Assembly: GCA_023137195.1 (NCBI GenBank)
Contig: JAGLPV010000009.1
Span: 1 to 24,546 of the forward strand
From: Candidatus Aenigmatarchaeota archaeon
GTDB lineage: Archaea > EX4484-52
DNA: 24,546 bases
Reading direction: 5' to 3'
Of the stretch, positions 1 through 8,523 are shown piece by piece. The notes beneath the pieces were generated by a model. That model ran no database searches. It had not been told where the DNA came from and saw only the letters and a list, made by a program, of their open reading frames with translations. Position 1 is the stretch's first letter, and every line of letters starts with the position of its first letter. The position numbers were made by a program, and so were the translations under genes.

Positions 1-64
1 TTTGTTTGATTGTTGGACAGCCTGTAATCTGTGGATTAAACCAGATTCCTATGAGTTCAGTGGA

Positions 65-2944
65 TTACTTATCCTCCGTTCTGTGGACAGGACCGGATTT
101 TTTAACTTTCTCAGGAATGTCTTCAAATTTGGAAATATTTTTAGAGAACAAAGCCGCCAGCTCCTTTGCCTTTTTTTCATAAAGTTCTTTATCTTCCCAT
201 AGGCTTTTTGGATTTAGCACAGCATCCTCAACACCCGGACAGCTTTTTGGAACCATCAGGTTAAATATTTCATCCAGGACAAACTCAACATCTTTCAAAT
301 CCCCTTTTATCGCCGCATTGACCATCGCCCTGCTGTATGGAATACTAATTCTCTTACCGACCCCATAAGGTCCGCCAACCCACCCTGTATTTACGAGGTA
401 AACATCTGTGTTATGATCAGTGATATATTTTTCCAATAAAGAAGTATACACATTTGGTTTATGTGGCATAAACGGTTCGCCAAAAAACATAGAGAATACA
501 GCGACAGGTCGGACAATGCCCTGTTCAGTTCCTGCCAGTTTGCTCGTGTACCCGGAAATGAAATGATACATCGCCTGATTTTTGTCTAATTTAGCAATGG
601 GAGGCAGGACGCCAGAAGCATCAGCAGTCAAAAAGATTATCGTTTTTGGATGCCCTCCAATGCCGTCGACTTCTGAATTATCTAAATGTTCTATGGGATA
701 TGCAACTCTTGAGTTTTCAGTATGCCTGTCGTCGCTAAAATCAAATTCAAGTGCATCATCCAGGACAACATTTTCAACAACAGCCGCATTCTTTATTGCC
801 TTATGAATCTGCGGCTCTTTTATAGGGCACAAATCAATGCATTTTGCATAACATCCTCCTTCAATATTAAATACCCCGGCAGGAGACCATCCGTGTTCAT
901 CATCTCCAATCAGTTTTCTGGTGACATCTGTTGACAAAGAGGTTTTACCTGTGCCGGACAACCCCAGGAACAAGGCAACATTTCCTTCTTTATCTGTATT
1001 TGCAGAGCAATGAAGAGGCAATATTCCTTTCAGCGGAAGAAAGTAATTCATGACTGAAAAAACAACTTTTTTAATTTCCCCAATGTATCTTGTACCGCCG
1101 ATGATGGCAATTTTTTTCTCTAGGTTTATCAGAATAAATGCTTCTGAATTAATATTGTGGACAGAAGAATCCGCCTCACAATGTGGCGCACAGATAAGCG
1201 TGAACTCCGGTTTGTAGGTTTTTAATTCCTCTTTTGTCGGTCTTCTCAATAGGTGTATCATGCTCAAATTTTGACTGGCTAATTCATTGATGACTCTCAC
1301 ATTCATCGAATGCTTCTTATCGGCTCCGGCAACCCCGTCGCAGACAAAGACTTCTTCTTTTTCGCCCAGGTATTTCGTGATTTTTTCATACATTTTGTCG
1401 AAATCTTCAACATCGATAGGCACATTTATATCACCCCAGTGGATTTTGTCATGAACAGAGGGAGTGTCTACTATATATCTGTCGTTAGGCACCCTTCCTG
1501 TGTATTTTCCGCTAAGGACACGTAAGACACCGCTTTTGGAAAGAATTCCTTCTTTTCTCTCAACAGCTTTTTTAACAAGGACATCTGCATCCACATTATG
1601 GTATATTTTTCCTTTTGTCTTTATCCCTATATCTTCTGTTATATTATTCTCCCCTTCAACCATTCTTTTACACACAGTGTAAACATTATCGAACAATTCC
1701 GGCAGCAATTCCTTTTTTACAGAAGAATAAGAAACTCTCAACAAATCGCCTATTGAAATCAACCCGGTGCTGTATTCATCAAGCAGAAGTTTCCTGACCT
1801 TGTTTGCATCCAGGTTATTTTTTAATTTCACGCACATAAAGTACCCGGAATTAAATGGCAATGCCTCAAAATATTGCCTGTACTCTGTATGTTCTTCAAG
1901 AATTTTTACAACTCCATCATATCTACTCTTCAAAAGCCCATATTTCTCTTTTTTCTCCAACCAATAAGAATCAGATTTCATTGCCTCAACTATCAAGGTT
2001 TGCGACAGGTTGCATGCATTTGACACATTTCCACGGACAGCACCACCCGTTTTGGATTCAAGCACATTGCATATTTCAGGAGTCATATCTTTACATCCAT
2101 AAGTCATAAATCCAACTCTCAGTCCCCAGACATAGTCTTCCTTTGTAGCCCCGTCAATTTTAACTGCCAGGACATTTTCCCCGATATCGCATAATTTTGA
2201 AAAGAGTGATTCAGTATATATTCCCTTTTCATAGACAAGACCAAAATAAGCATCATCTATTATTACAACAATATTCTTTCCCAAATCCGCTGATTTTTTT
2301 ATTGCCGCAACTATTCGCTCAACCTCTTCATCAGATGGCGTAAACCCGGACGGGTTGTTTGGAAAATTCAAAACAAGAATTTTTTTAGTGCCTTCAGAAT
2401 TTAATTTTTCTTCCAGTCCCGCAACATTAAACCCGTTATTTTCAAAACAGGGAAAGGTAGTTATCTTCCCGCCATACGCATTTTCATACACCAGTTTATA
2501 ATTACCCCAGAATAAATCCGGCATAATCACTTGGTCGCCTTCATCTACGAACAAATACCCTGCAATGCTAAGAGCATGTGTCAGCCCGTTAGTTACAACA
2601 GGATTTGAAATCAAAGGAGCAACAAGTGAAGGATTTTTTTTAAATATCATCTCCTTCCATTTAGTTCTCAAATCATCCCTTCCAAAACTGGGAGCATAAG
2701 GAAATACAGTCCCCGGCGCAAGCGAAATATTTTTTTCAATTGATTTCAATCGCATCGGGCTGTTGTCATCTTCAACAGCAATTCCAATTGTCGCATTTAT
2801 TTTTTTCCCTTGAGCTTCTTTTGATTGTGCTAATATCCCTTGCTTTGGAAAAAATATAGATTTACCTTTTAATGAGAGCATGTCTAAAATAGCAATATTG
2901 GATTTCTCCAACAAGCTATTTAGCTCGATTGCCTGTGGATTCAT
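65..2944 (-). CDS. pckA: Fusion: N-terminal class I/II PLP aminotransferase (aspartate transaminase-like, ~1664-2944) + C-terminal ATP-dependent phosphoenolpyruvate carboxykinase (~65-1642)
   Basis: N-half has NFPNNPSG, DDAYFGL and KIDGATKEDYVWGLRVGF (PLP lysine); from memory it resembles the staphylococcal aspartate transaminase family. C-half has YTGR, IGGTRYIGEIKK, HCSAN, P-loop GLSGTGKTSLS, LIGDDEHGW and FNIEGGCYAK. Start moved from GTG 2953 to ATG 2944 because AGGTG (2951-2955) is an SD 6 nt upstream. Confidence 0.93.
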   Translation of the reverse strand: MNPQAIELNSLLEKSNIAILDMLSLKGKSIFFPKQGILAQSKEAQGKKINATIGIAVEDDNSPMRLKSIEKNISLAPGTVFPYAPSFGRDDLRTKWKEMIFKKNPSLVAPLISNPVVTNGLTHALSIAGYLFVDEGDQVIMPDLFWGNYKLVYENAYGGKITTFPCFENNGFNVAGLEEKLNSEGTKKILVLNFPNNPSGFTPSDEEVERIVAAIKKSADLGKNIVVIIDDAYFGLVYEKGIYTESLFSKLCDIGENVLAVKIDGATKEDYVWGLRVGFMTYGCKDMTPEICNVLESKTGGAVRGNVSNACNLSQTLIVEAMKSDSYWLEKKEKYGLLKSRYDGVVKILEEHTEYRQYFEALPFNSGYFMCVKLKNNLDANKVRKLLLDEYSTGLISIGDLLRVSYSSVKKELLPELFDNVYTVCKRMVEGENNITEDIGIKTKGKIYHNVDADVLVKKAVERKEGILSKSGVLRVLSGKYTGRVPNDRYIVDTPSVHDKIHWGDINVPIDVEDFDKMYEKITKYLGEKEEVFVCDGVAGADKKHSMNVRVINELASQNLSMIHLLRRPTKEELKTYKPEFTLICAPHCEADSSVHNINSEAFILINLEKKIAIIGGTRYIGEIKKVVFSVMNYFLPLKGILPLHCSANTDKEGNVALFLGLSGTGKTSLSTDVTRKLIGDDEHGWSPAGVFNIEGGCYAKCIDLCPIKEPQIHKAIKNAAVVENVVLDDALEFDFSDDRHTENSRVAYPIEHLDNSEVDGIGGHPKTIIFLTADASGVLPPIAKLDKNQAMYHFISGYTSKLAGTEQGIVRPVAVFSMFFGEPFMPHKPNVYTSLLEKYITDHNTDVYLVNTGWVGGPYGVGKRISIPYSRAMVNAAIKGDLKDVEFVLDEIFNLMVPKSCPGVEDAVLNPKSLWEDKELYEKKAKELAALFSKNISKFEDIPEKVKKSGPVHRTEDK

Positions 2945-2955
2945 AAATAACACCT

Positions 2956-3966
2956 TTATAGATCCATTGCCCTGTCCGTCATCGCTATACTTTCATCTGC
3001 ATCTTTTGTTAATTCAAACATCGCCCGTATGCAGTCTATATTTTCAGGCACAACATCTGATTCCTGGTGTATTGCCTGTATATAAAATAATTCATTTCCA
3101 ATTACATTGATGCTTTCATCCCACACAGCAATTTCATTAAGGTCTCCTCTTTTTCTCCCTAAATCTCTTGCGTGCTCCATAATTTCCGCGGTAGATGTAA
3201 TGCCTTCACTTGCCTTCACAAGAATAATTCGTGGTGTGCTTTTGAACAATTGTTTTATTTCCGCTGTTGTTGCAGGATTATTCATTTCAACAATAACTGT
3301 ATGAAGATGCATAAGTGTTGTAGGAACAATCACAGCAGAAGTCATGATGTCCATGTCAGGAAAAATTGTATTAACATCCGGTCCGTGATGGCTTGGAACT
3401 GTAACCGGATTAGGAACAATAGCATTTACTGGTCCTTTTTTGGAATTACCTGGGTCTGGTCCTCTCCTGATTAATGTCACTCTTGCCTTTTTGACACCAT
3501 ATTTTTTCTCAACAGCTCCAATAGTTCTGCAAAGCCCTGTTGTATTGCATGAGACCACTCGCACATAATCTTTACCCAAACAGGTCGCATAATTGCCCTG
3601 CGCATTAAAAGACACATCTCCTGTGCCTGATTTCTCGCCACCCTGGAAAATTGCCTTCACTCCTTTAGATTCATAAAGAGGCCTATTCATAGCCCCTATT
3701 TTGCCGGGAGTACAGTCAACAATAACATCACATTTATCAAGTAAATCATCAAGAGTGCCGGAAATTTCAAACCCTTCATTGATGAAAGTCTGCACATTTT
3801 CCATGTTGTTGGCATATAAGGCATACTCATTTTTTATCGCATGTCTCGCCTCATGAGTTGGTCTTGTCTTTACTACACCCACAACTTCCATATCCGGTTG
3901 TTTTGCTACTGCATCTGCTACTCGCTTGCCTATAGTTCCGTATCCATTTATTCCTACTTTTATCAT
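2956..3966 (-). CDS. gap: Glyceraldehyde-3-phosphate dehydrogenase, archaeal type II (phosphorylating)
   Basis: INGYGTIGKRVADAV, catalytic VSCNTTGL, PSHHGPDV, IHQESDVVPENID; SD GAGGAG upstream of ATG. Confidence 0.97.
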   Translation of the reverse strand: MIKVGINGYGTIGKRVADAVAKQPDMEVVGVVKTRPTHEARHAIKNEYALYANNMENVQTFINEGFEISGTLDDLLDKCDVIVDCTPGKIGAMNRPLYESKGVKAIFQGGEKSGTGDVSFNAQGNYATCLGKDYVRVVSCNTTGLCRTIGAVEKKYGVKKARVTLIRRGPDPGNSKKGPVNAIVPNPVTVPSHHGPDVNTIFPDMDIMTSAVIVPTTLMHLHTVIVEMNNPATTAEIKQLFKSTPRIILVKASEGITSTAEIMEHARDLGRKRGDLNEIAVWDESINVIGNELFYIQAIHQESDVVPENIDCIRAMFELTKDADESIAMTDRAMDL

Positions 3967-3999
3967 TTTATCTCCTCTTTAATGAACATAATTAACTAT

Positions 4000-5235
4000 T
4001 CAACTGACTCTTGTAATCAAAGTGCTGTATTTTTTTGCTGAATTTACCAAAGCATCAACGCCGGGAAGACTTTTCCCTGAAATATACAATATAAATGCGC
4101 CGCCGCCTGTTGAAAAATGATCCATCTTGTCCAGCAAACCCATTTTTTCTGCCGCGATAGAAGAATCCCCTCCTCCGATGACAGCAAATGCTTTGCTCTC
4201 ATGCATTGCGTGAAAGAGCTCTTCAGTGCCCAGGGCAAATTGTTCTTTTTCAAATACACCTGCCGGTCCGTTACCCACGACAGTTCCCGCACCATCAATA
4301 ATCTCTTTATATAATTTGATTGTTTTCTTGCCAATATCCAATATTGGATAATCACTGGGAAGTGCCGAAAAAGGAATCTCCACTCTTTTTCCTTCTACTT
4401 CAATTGCAAAATCAATAGGCATCACAATCTTGTCCTTGTATTTTTTTAAAATTTTTTTTGCACTTTTAATTTCTAAATCTGCTTTTTTGTCAACCAAAAC
4501 ACTATGTGTTGCATTGCCAATATAATCCCCGTTTGCCGCTAAAAAAACCATAGAGACAAGCCCTGATGTAAGCACAGTATCCACTGCATCATTAGACAGC
4601 ATTTTTTCAATCACCATAATTGAATCATCTACTTTTCCTCCCCCGAGGCAAAGCACAGAAGGTCTCTGTGGATTTTCCATAAGTTTTGTCAATACCTCAA
4701 GTTCTTTTTGCAGTATTCTACCGGCAAAGGACGGTAAAACAGCAGGAAACCCAATCAAAGAGACATGTTCTCTATGATTCACAGCAAATGAATCATTAAC
4801 ATAATAATCAAAAAGACCGGACAATTCACGAACCATATGCGTTTTATGATGATCTTTTTTGACAGCAGTCTCTTCCACGGAAAATCTTACATTTTCCAGC
4901 AATATTATATCTCCTTTTTCCATCTCCTTGATGGACTTTTTTGCATAGCTTCCAAAAATATCGTCAATATATTTGACATCTTTTTCTATGTGCTTTGACA
5001 GGAGCTCAGCATGCTTTTCAAGGCGAATAAAATCATCGCCATTTAGCCTCCCCTGGTGGGCAAGGATAACAACCTTGGCTCCTTTATCAGACAACTCTTT
5101 TATGGTCTTTGAATGATGTTTTATCCGTATATTATCCACAGGTTCTTTATTTTCATCCACTCCTGAATTTATATCTGTTCTTACCAAAATGGTTTTCCCA
5201 TCAACTTCAAAATCATCGATAGTCAAAAAATGCAT
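4000..5235 (-). CDS. pgk: Phosphoglycerate kinase
   Basis: VRTDINS, AHQGR, LLENVRF, LGGGKVDD, NGPAGVFE, IGGGDS, HFSTGGGA. Confidence 0.97.
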   Translation of the reverse strand: MHFLTIDDFEVDGKTILVRTDINSGVDENKEPVDNIRIKHHSKTIKELSDKGAKVVILAHQGRLNGDDFIRLEKHAELLSKHIEKDVKYIDDIFGSYAKKSIKEMEKGDIILLENVRFSVEETAVKKDHHKTHMVRELSGLFDYYVNDSFAVNHREHVSLIGFPAVLPSFAGRILQKELEVLTKLMENPQRPSVLCLGGGKVDDSIMVIEKMLSNDAVDTVLTSGLVSMVFLAANGDYIGNATHSVLVDKKADLEIKSAKKILKKYKDKIVMPIDFAIEVEGKRVEIPFSALPSDYPILDIGKKTIKLYKEIIDGAGTVVGNGPAGVFEKEQFALGTEELFHAMHESKAFAVIGGGDSSIAAEKMGLLDKMDHFSTGGGAFILYISGKSLPGVDALVNSAKKYSTLITRVS

Positions 5236-5238
5236 AGT

Positions 5239-6033
5239 CTAATTGCCTCCATTCCCATTCCCTATATGCGTCCATCTACCGTCATAGACATAACCTGCCA
5301 GTTTTCCTTCATTGCAAAGGTTTGTGAATATATTTTCAAGCATGATTTTATTGTCTTCATGAGGAAGAAGTTCCAGTAATCTTGGCTCAATTATGAACAG
5401 CCCTGCATTTATCAAATGACTTGGAGATTCTTCAGCAGATGGTTTTTCTATAAATTTAGTGATTTTTTCTCCCTTTAATTTTACTACCCCGTAAGAACTT
5501 GTATCTGTTGAAGTAGTAAGTGCCATAGTAACGGTTGCCTTATGATTCCTATGAACTTTCAGCATATCATTTACATCGACATTGAATAAAATATCCCCGT
5601 ATAAAAGCATAAAAGTATTATTTATCATCCCCTTGGCTGATTTTAAAAAACCAACTGTCCCGAGAGGTTCATCTTCAATAATATACCTTATATTAATATC
5701 ATATTTTGTTCCTTTCCCAAAATAAGATATTATCTTATCATAATTATAATTTACAATCAAAATAATATCTGTAATGTCCTGCTTTTTTAAATATTCTATT
5801 GTATGTTCCAAAGCAGGTTTTTTATCAATAAGTGTCATTGCCTTGGGAGTTTCATCTTTATTCCCCCCGCAAAGAATAACTGCCTGGTTAAGACATTCTT
5901 CATTCATAGCTTTTAGCAAAAGCTTCTCTATCGCGTGCGACCTGTTCTTTATGCTGTATCCATTCACTCTTTTATCCAGCCAGCGAATCAAATTTTCATC
6001 TAAAGTTATAGATATGTGTTCTTTATTAGTCAT
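5239..6033 (-). CDS. Ribbon-helix-helix DNA-binding domain fused to a degenerate sugar-phosphate nucleotidyltransferase domain; putative regulator
   Basis: Residues 1-45 (HISITLDENLIRWLD...NRSHAIEKLL) fit the CopG/Arc/MetJ RHH pattern. The rest has NTP-transferase motifs AVILCGG, EDEPLGT, YGDIL, YGVV, FIEKP, INAGLFI. SD GGGAG 6 nt upstream. Confidence 0.85.
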   Translation of the reverse strand: MTNKEHISITLDENLIRWLDKRVNGYSIKNRSHAIEKLLLKAMNEECLNQAVILCGGNKDETPKAMTLIDKKPALEHTIEYLKKQDITDIILIVNYNYDKIISYFGKGTKYDINIRYIIEDEPLGTVGFLKSAKGMINNTFMLLYGDILFNVDVNDMLKVHRNHKATVTMALTTSTDTSSYGVVKLKGEKITKFIEKPSAEESPSHLINAGLFIIEPRLLELLPHEDNKIMLENIFTNLCNEGKLAGYVYDGRWTHIGNGNGGN

Positions 6034-6161
6034 ATTTATCTCCCGTTTAATGTATTATATTAGGTTGTATATATTTTTCAAATCGTAATACTTTGTGTTA
6101 TAAACAAGAGTTATGTTTAAAAAACTATCGAATGTAATAATCTATTAGTTGGTGAGATAAC
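6034..6161. promoter_or_regulatory. Divergent promoter region between the RHH-pgk-gap-fusion operon and gdh
   Basis: Minus strand has BRE/TATA-like GAAAAATATATA (6068-6079); plus strand has TTTAAAAA (6117-6124) and SD GGTGA (6151-6155). GTA(A/T)TA boxes at 6052, 6085 and 6134. Confidence 0.55.
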
Positions 6162-7409
6162 ATGACAGAAAAAATAAATCCTTATGAAGACGCTCTTAAT
6201 CGTCTGAGCGAAGTAGCTGAAAAATTCAATATAGCTGAAAAAGATATTGAGATACTAAAACACCCTAAAAAAATATTGATGGTTAATTTCCCTGTTCATA
6301 CAAGCAAAGGACTAAAAATCATTAATGGATACAGGGTCCAGTACAATGATGCTTTAGGACCCACAAAAGGCGGTCTGAGATATCACCCTCACGTTGATAT
6401 CGAAGAAGTCAAAGCCCTTTCCTTCTGGATGGCATTAAAAAATGCAGTCCTTGATCTGCCTTACGGCGGAGCAAAAGGAGGCATAACAATAGACCCGAGA
6501 GAATACACAAAAGAGGACCTGGAAAAGATAAGCAGGGAGTTCATAAGGCAGATTCATTTATTTATAGGACCCCAGATAGATATTCCTGCTCCTGATGTTT
6601 ATACAACCCCCCAGATAATGGCATGGATGATGGACGAATACAGCAAGATAAAAGGAAAGCACGTTCCCGGAGTGATTACAGGAAAACCATTGTCTGTCGG
6701 CGGAAGCTTAGTGCGTTCGTACTCCACTGCAATGGGCGGCTTTTGTGTGTTGAGAGAAGCACTTGCAAAATACAAGATAAACCCTCTTGAAACAAAAACC
6801 GCAGTACAGGGTTTTGGAAATGCCGGTATGAATTTTGCAGAAATAATGAAAGGACAGAACATGAAAATAGTTGCAGTAAGCGACAGTAAGGGTGGTGTTT
6901 ACAATGAAGAAGGATTAAACATAGAAGCATTGGTAAAGCATAAAAAAGACACAGGAACTGTAGTTGATTTCCCTAGCGCAAAAGCAGTAACAAACAATGA
7001 GCTTTTGGAATTAAATGTTGATATTTTAGTTCCCGCAGCACTTGAAAATGCAATTACCGAGGCAAATGCAGGCAACATAAAAGCAAAAATAATTCTTGAA
7101 CTGGCAAACGGACCTGTTACCCACAAGGCAGACAAAATGCTTTATGAAAAAAACATAGTTGTTTTACCCGACATTCTTGCAAACGCCGGCGGAGTGACAG
7201 TATCTTATTTTGAATGGATACAGAATCTTTACGGTGACAGATGGACTGAAGAGGAAATATTAAAGAAACTGGACAGTAGGATGAAAAAAGCATTTGACAA
7301 CCTGTACGACAATTACGTAACTCAGTCATATGTTGATTTCAGAACAGCCGCTTATGCATATGCAATAAAAAAAATAATTGAAGCAGAAAAAGACAGGGGT
7401 CATATTTAA
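6162..7409 (+). CDS. gdhA: Glutamate dehydrogenase (Glu/Leu/Phe/Val dehydrogenase family)
   Basis: GPTKGGLRY, LPYGGAKGG, IPAPDV, TGKP, QGFGNAG, ELANGP, PDILANAGGVTVSYFEW. Confidence 0.96.
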   Translation: MTEKINPYEDALNRLSEVAEKFNIAEKDIEILKHPKKILMVNFPVHTSKGLKIINGYRVQYNDALGPTKGGLRYHPHVDIEEVKALSFWMALKNAVLDLPYGGAKGGITIDPREYTKEDLEKISREFIRQIHLFIGPQIDIPAPDVYTTPQIMAWMMDEYSKIKGKHVPGVITGKPLSVGGSLVRSYSTAMGGFCVLREALAKYKINPLETKTAVQGFGNAGMNFAEIMKGQNMKIVAVSDSKGGVYNEEGLNIEALVKHKKDTGTVVDFPSAKAVTNNELLELNVDILVPAALENAITEANAGNIKAKIILELANGPVTHKADKMLYEKNIVVLPDILANAGGVTVSYFEWIQNLYGDRWTEEEILKKLDSRMKKAFDNLYDNYVTQSYVDFRTAAYAYAIKKIIEAEKDRGHI

Positions 7410-7417
7410 GACTCCTC

Positions 7418-7431
7418 TTTTTATTTTTTTT
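7418..7431 (+). terminator. Oligo-T tract, putative archaeal intrinsic terminator of gdh
   Basis: TTTTTATTTTTTTT starts 9 nt after the stop codon. Confidence 0.45.
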
Positions 7432-7531
7432 GTTAAGAATAAATAATACCCAATTCCATAATCAAAGTATTATGCATCCGGGTCACAATTTCTTGACAAA
7501 AGTATAAATATTTATTTTGCATCATAAAGGC

Positions 7532-7981
7532 ATGAAAACAAAACCTAAAATTTTGCCGCCAACTTATTTTATGCTTTTATTGATTTTATCAATAGTAATG
7601 TATTTTCTAATTCCAAAAAAAATAATACCTTCTTCCTACACACACGCAGGAACCATATTAATCATATTCGGAATCACAATAAATATCTGGGCTGATGCAA
7701 TATTTAAAAAAAAGCAAACAACAGTAAAGCCGCACGAAACCCCAACATCGCTTGAGACAACAGGACCTTTTCGCATTAGTCGTCACCCAATGTACATGGG
7801 AATGGCAGCAATTTTACTGGGTGCATCCATTATATTAGGCTCAGCAATAACATTTATTTTCCCTGTAATTTTCATAATTTTAATAGAAATTATCTTCATC
7901 CCTCTGGAAGAGAAAAATCTTGACAAACAATTCAACACCAAATACATTGCCTACAAAAAGAAAGTCCGGCGCTGGATTTAA
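7532..7981 (+). CDS. Isoprenylcysteine carboxyl methyltransferase (ICMT/PEMT) family membrane protein
   Basis: TGPFRISRHPMYMG, EEKNL...Y..YKKKVRRWI and hydrophobic helices. ATG 7532 preferred over TTG 7517 because TATAAATA at 7503-7510 fits a leaderless transcript. Confidence 0.88.
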   Translation: MKTKPKILPPTYFMLLLILSIVMYFLIPKKIIPSSYTHAGTILIIFGITINIWADAIFKKKQTTVKPHETPTSLETTGPFRISRHPMYMGMAAILLGASIILGSAITFIFPVIFIILIEIIFIPLEEKNLDKQFNTKYIAYKKKVRRWI

Positions 7982-8040
7982 TCACACATAAATAACAAAG
8001 AATAAATAATATTATATACAATAATATACAGGTAAATAAT

Positions 8041-8505
8041 ATGGCAACAGATAAAAGAGAAGAATGCTTTAAAAGAGCCAGTTCCATTATCAACAAATAC
8101 AGAACCGTAGCAGGGAGCAGAGTAATAATTTTTGGCTTTGCTGTGAGCATCCTAATTGCATGCATAATACCCACTCTAACAGGAATAGGACTCATAGGAA
8201 TTGTAGTATTGACCACAATGCTGGTTGGCGGAAACATTCTATCAAAAGAGCACCAGCTGACAACAGGAGAAGTCAGGAGAGCTATAGCTGTTTCATGCAC
8301 AGCAGTATTATTTGGACTGCTGGCATTTGGAGATACTATTTTTACAAACAGTACTATTGTTAAATCAATCCTGGAAAAATTCTGGCTGATATATCTAACT
8401 ATAATTGGCTTTTATTTCGGAGGAAGATCCGCGGAAAAGATAGCCGAAAACATCGCCGCGAAAAAACCCACAGACAACAACACAGCATCTAAAAAAAGAA
8501 AGTAA
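8041..8505 (+). CDS. Small multi-pass membrane protein of unknown function
   Basis: About 4 hydrophobic segments, GEVRRAIA and IIGFYFGGRSAEK motifs, basic tail. Confidence 0.7.
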   Translation: MATDKREECFKRASSIINKYRTVAGSRVIIFGFAVSILIACIIPTLTGIGLIGIVVLTTMLVGGNILSKEHQLTTGEVRRAIAVSCTAVLFGLLAFGDTIFTNSTIVKSILEKFWLIYLTIIGFYFGGRSAEKIAENIAAKKPTDNNTASKKRK

Positions 8506-8523
8506 TTAGAATTATACAATCAA

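Noticed and set aside
5239-6033. Plain annotation as mannose-1-phosphate guanylyltransferase or GlmU
   Set aside because: The GxGTR loop and WxD motif are missing, there is an extra RHH domain, and there is no C-terminal beta-helix.
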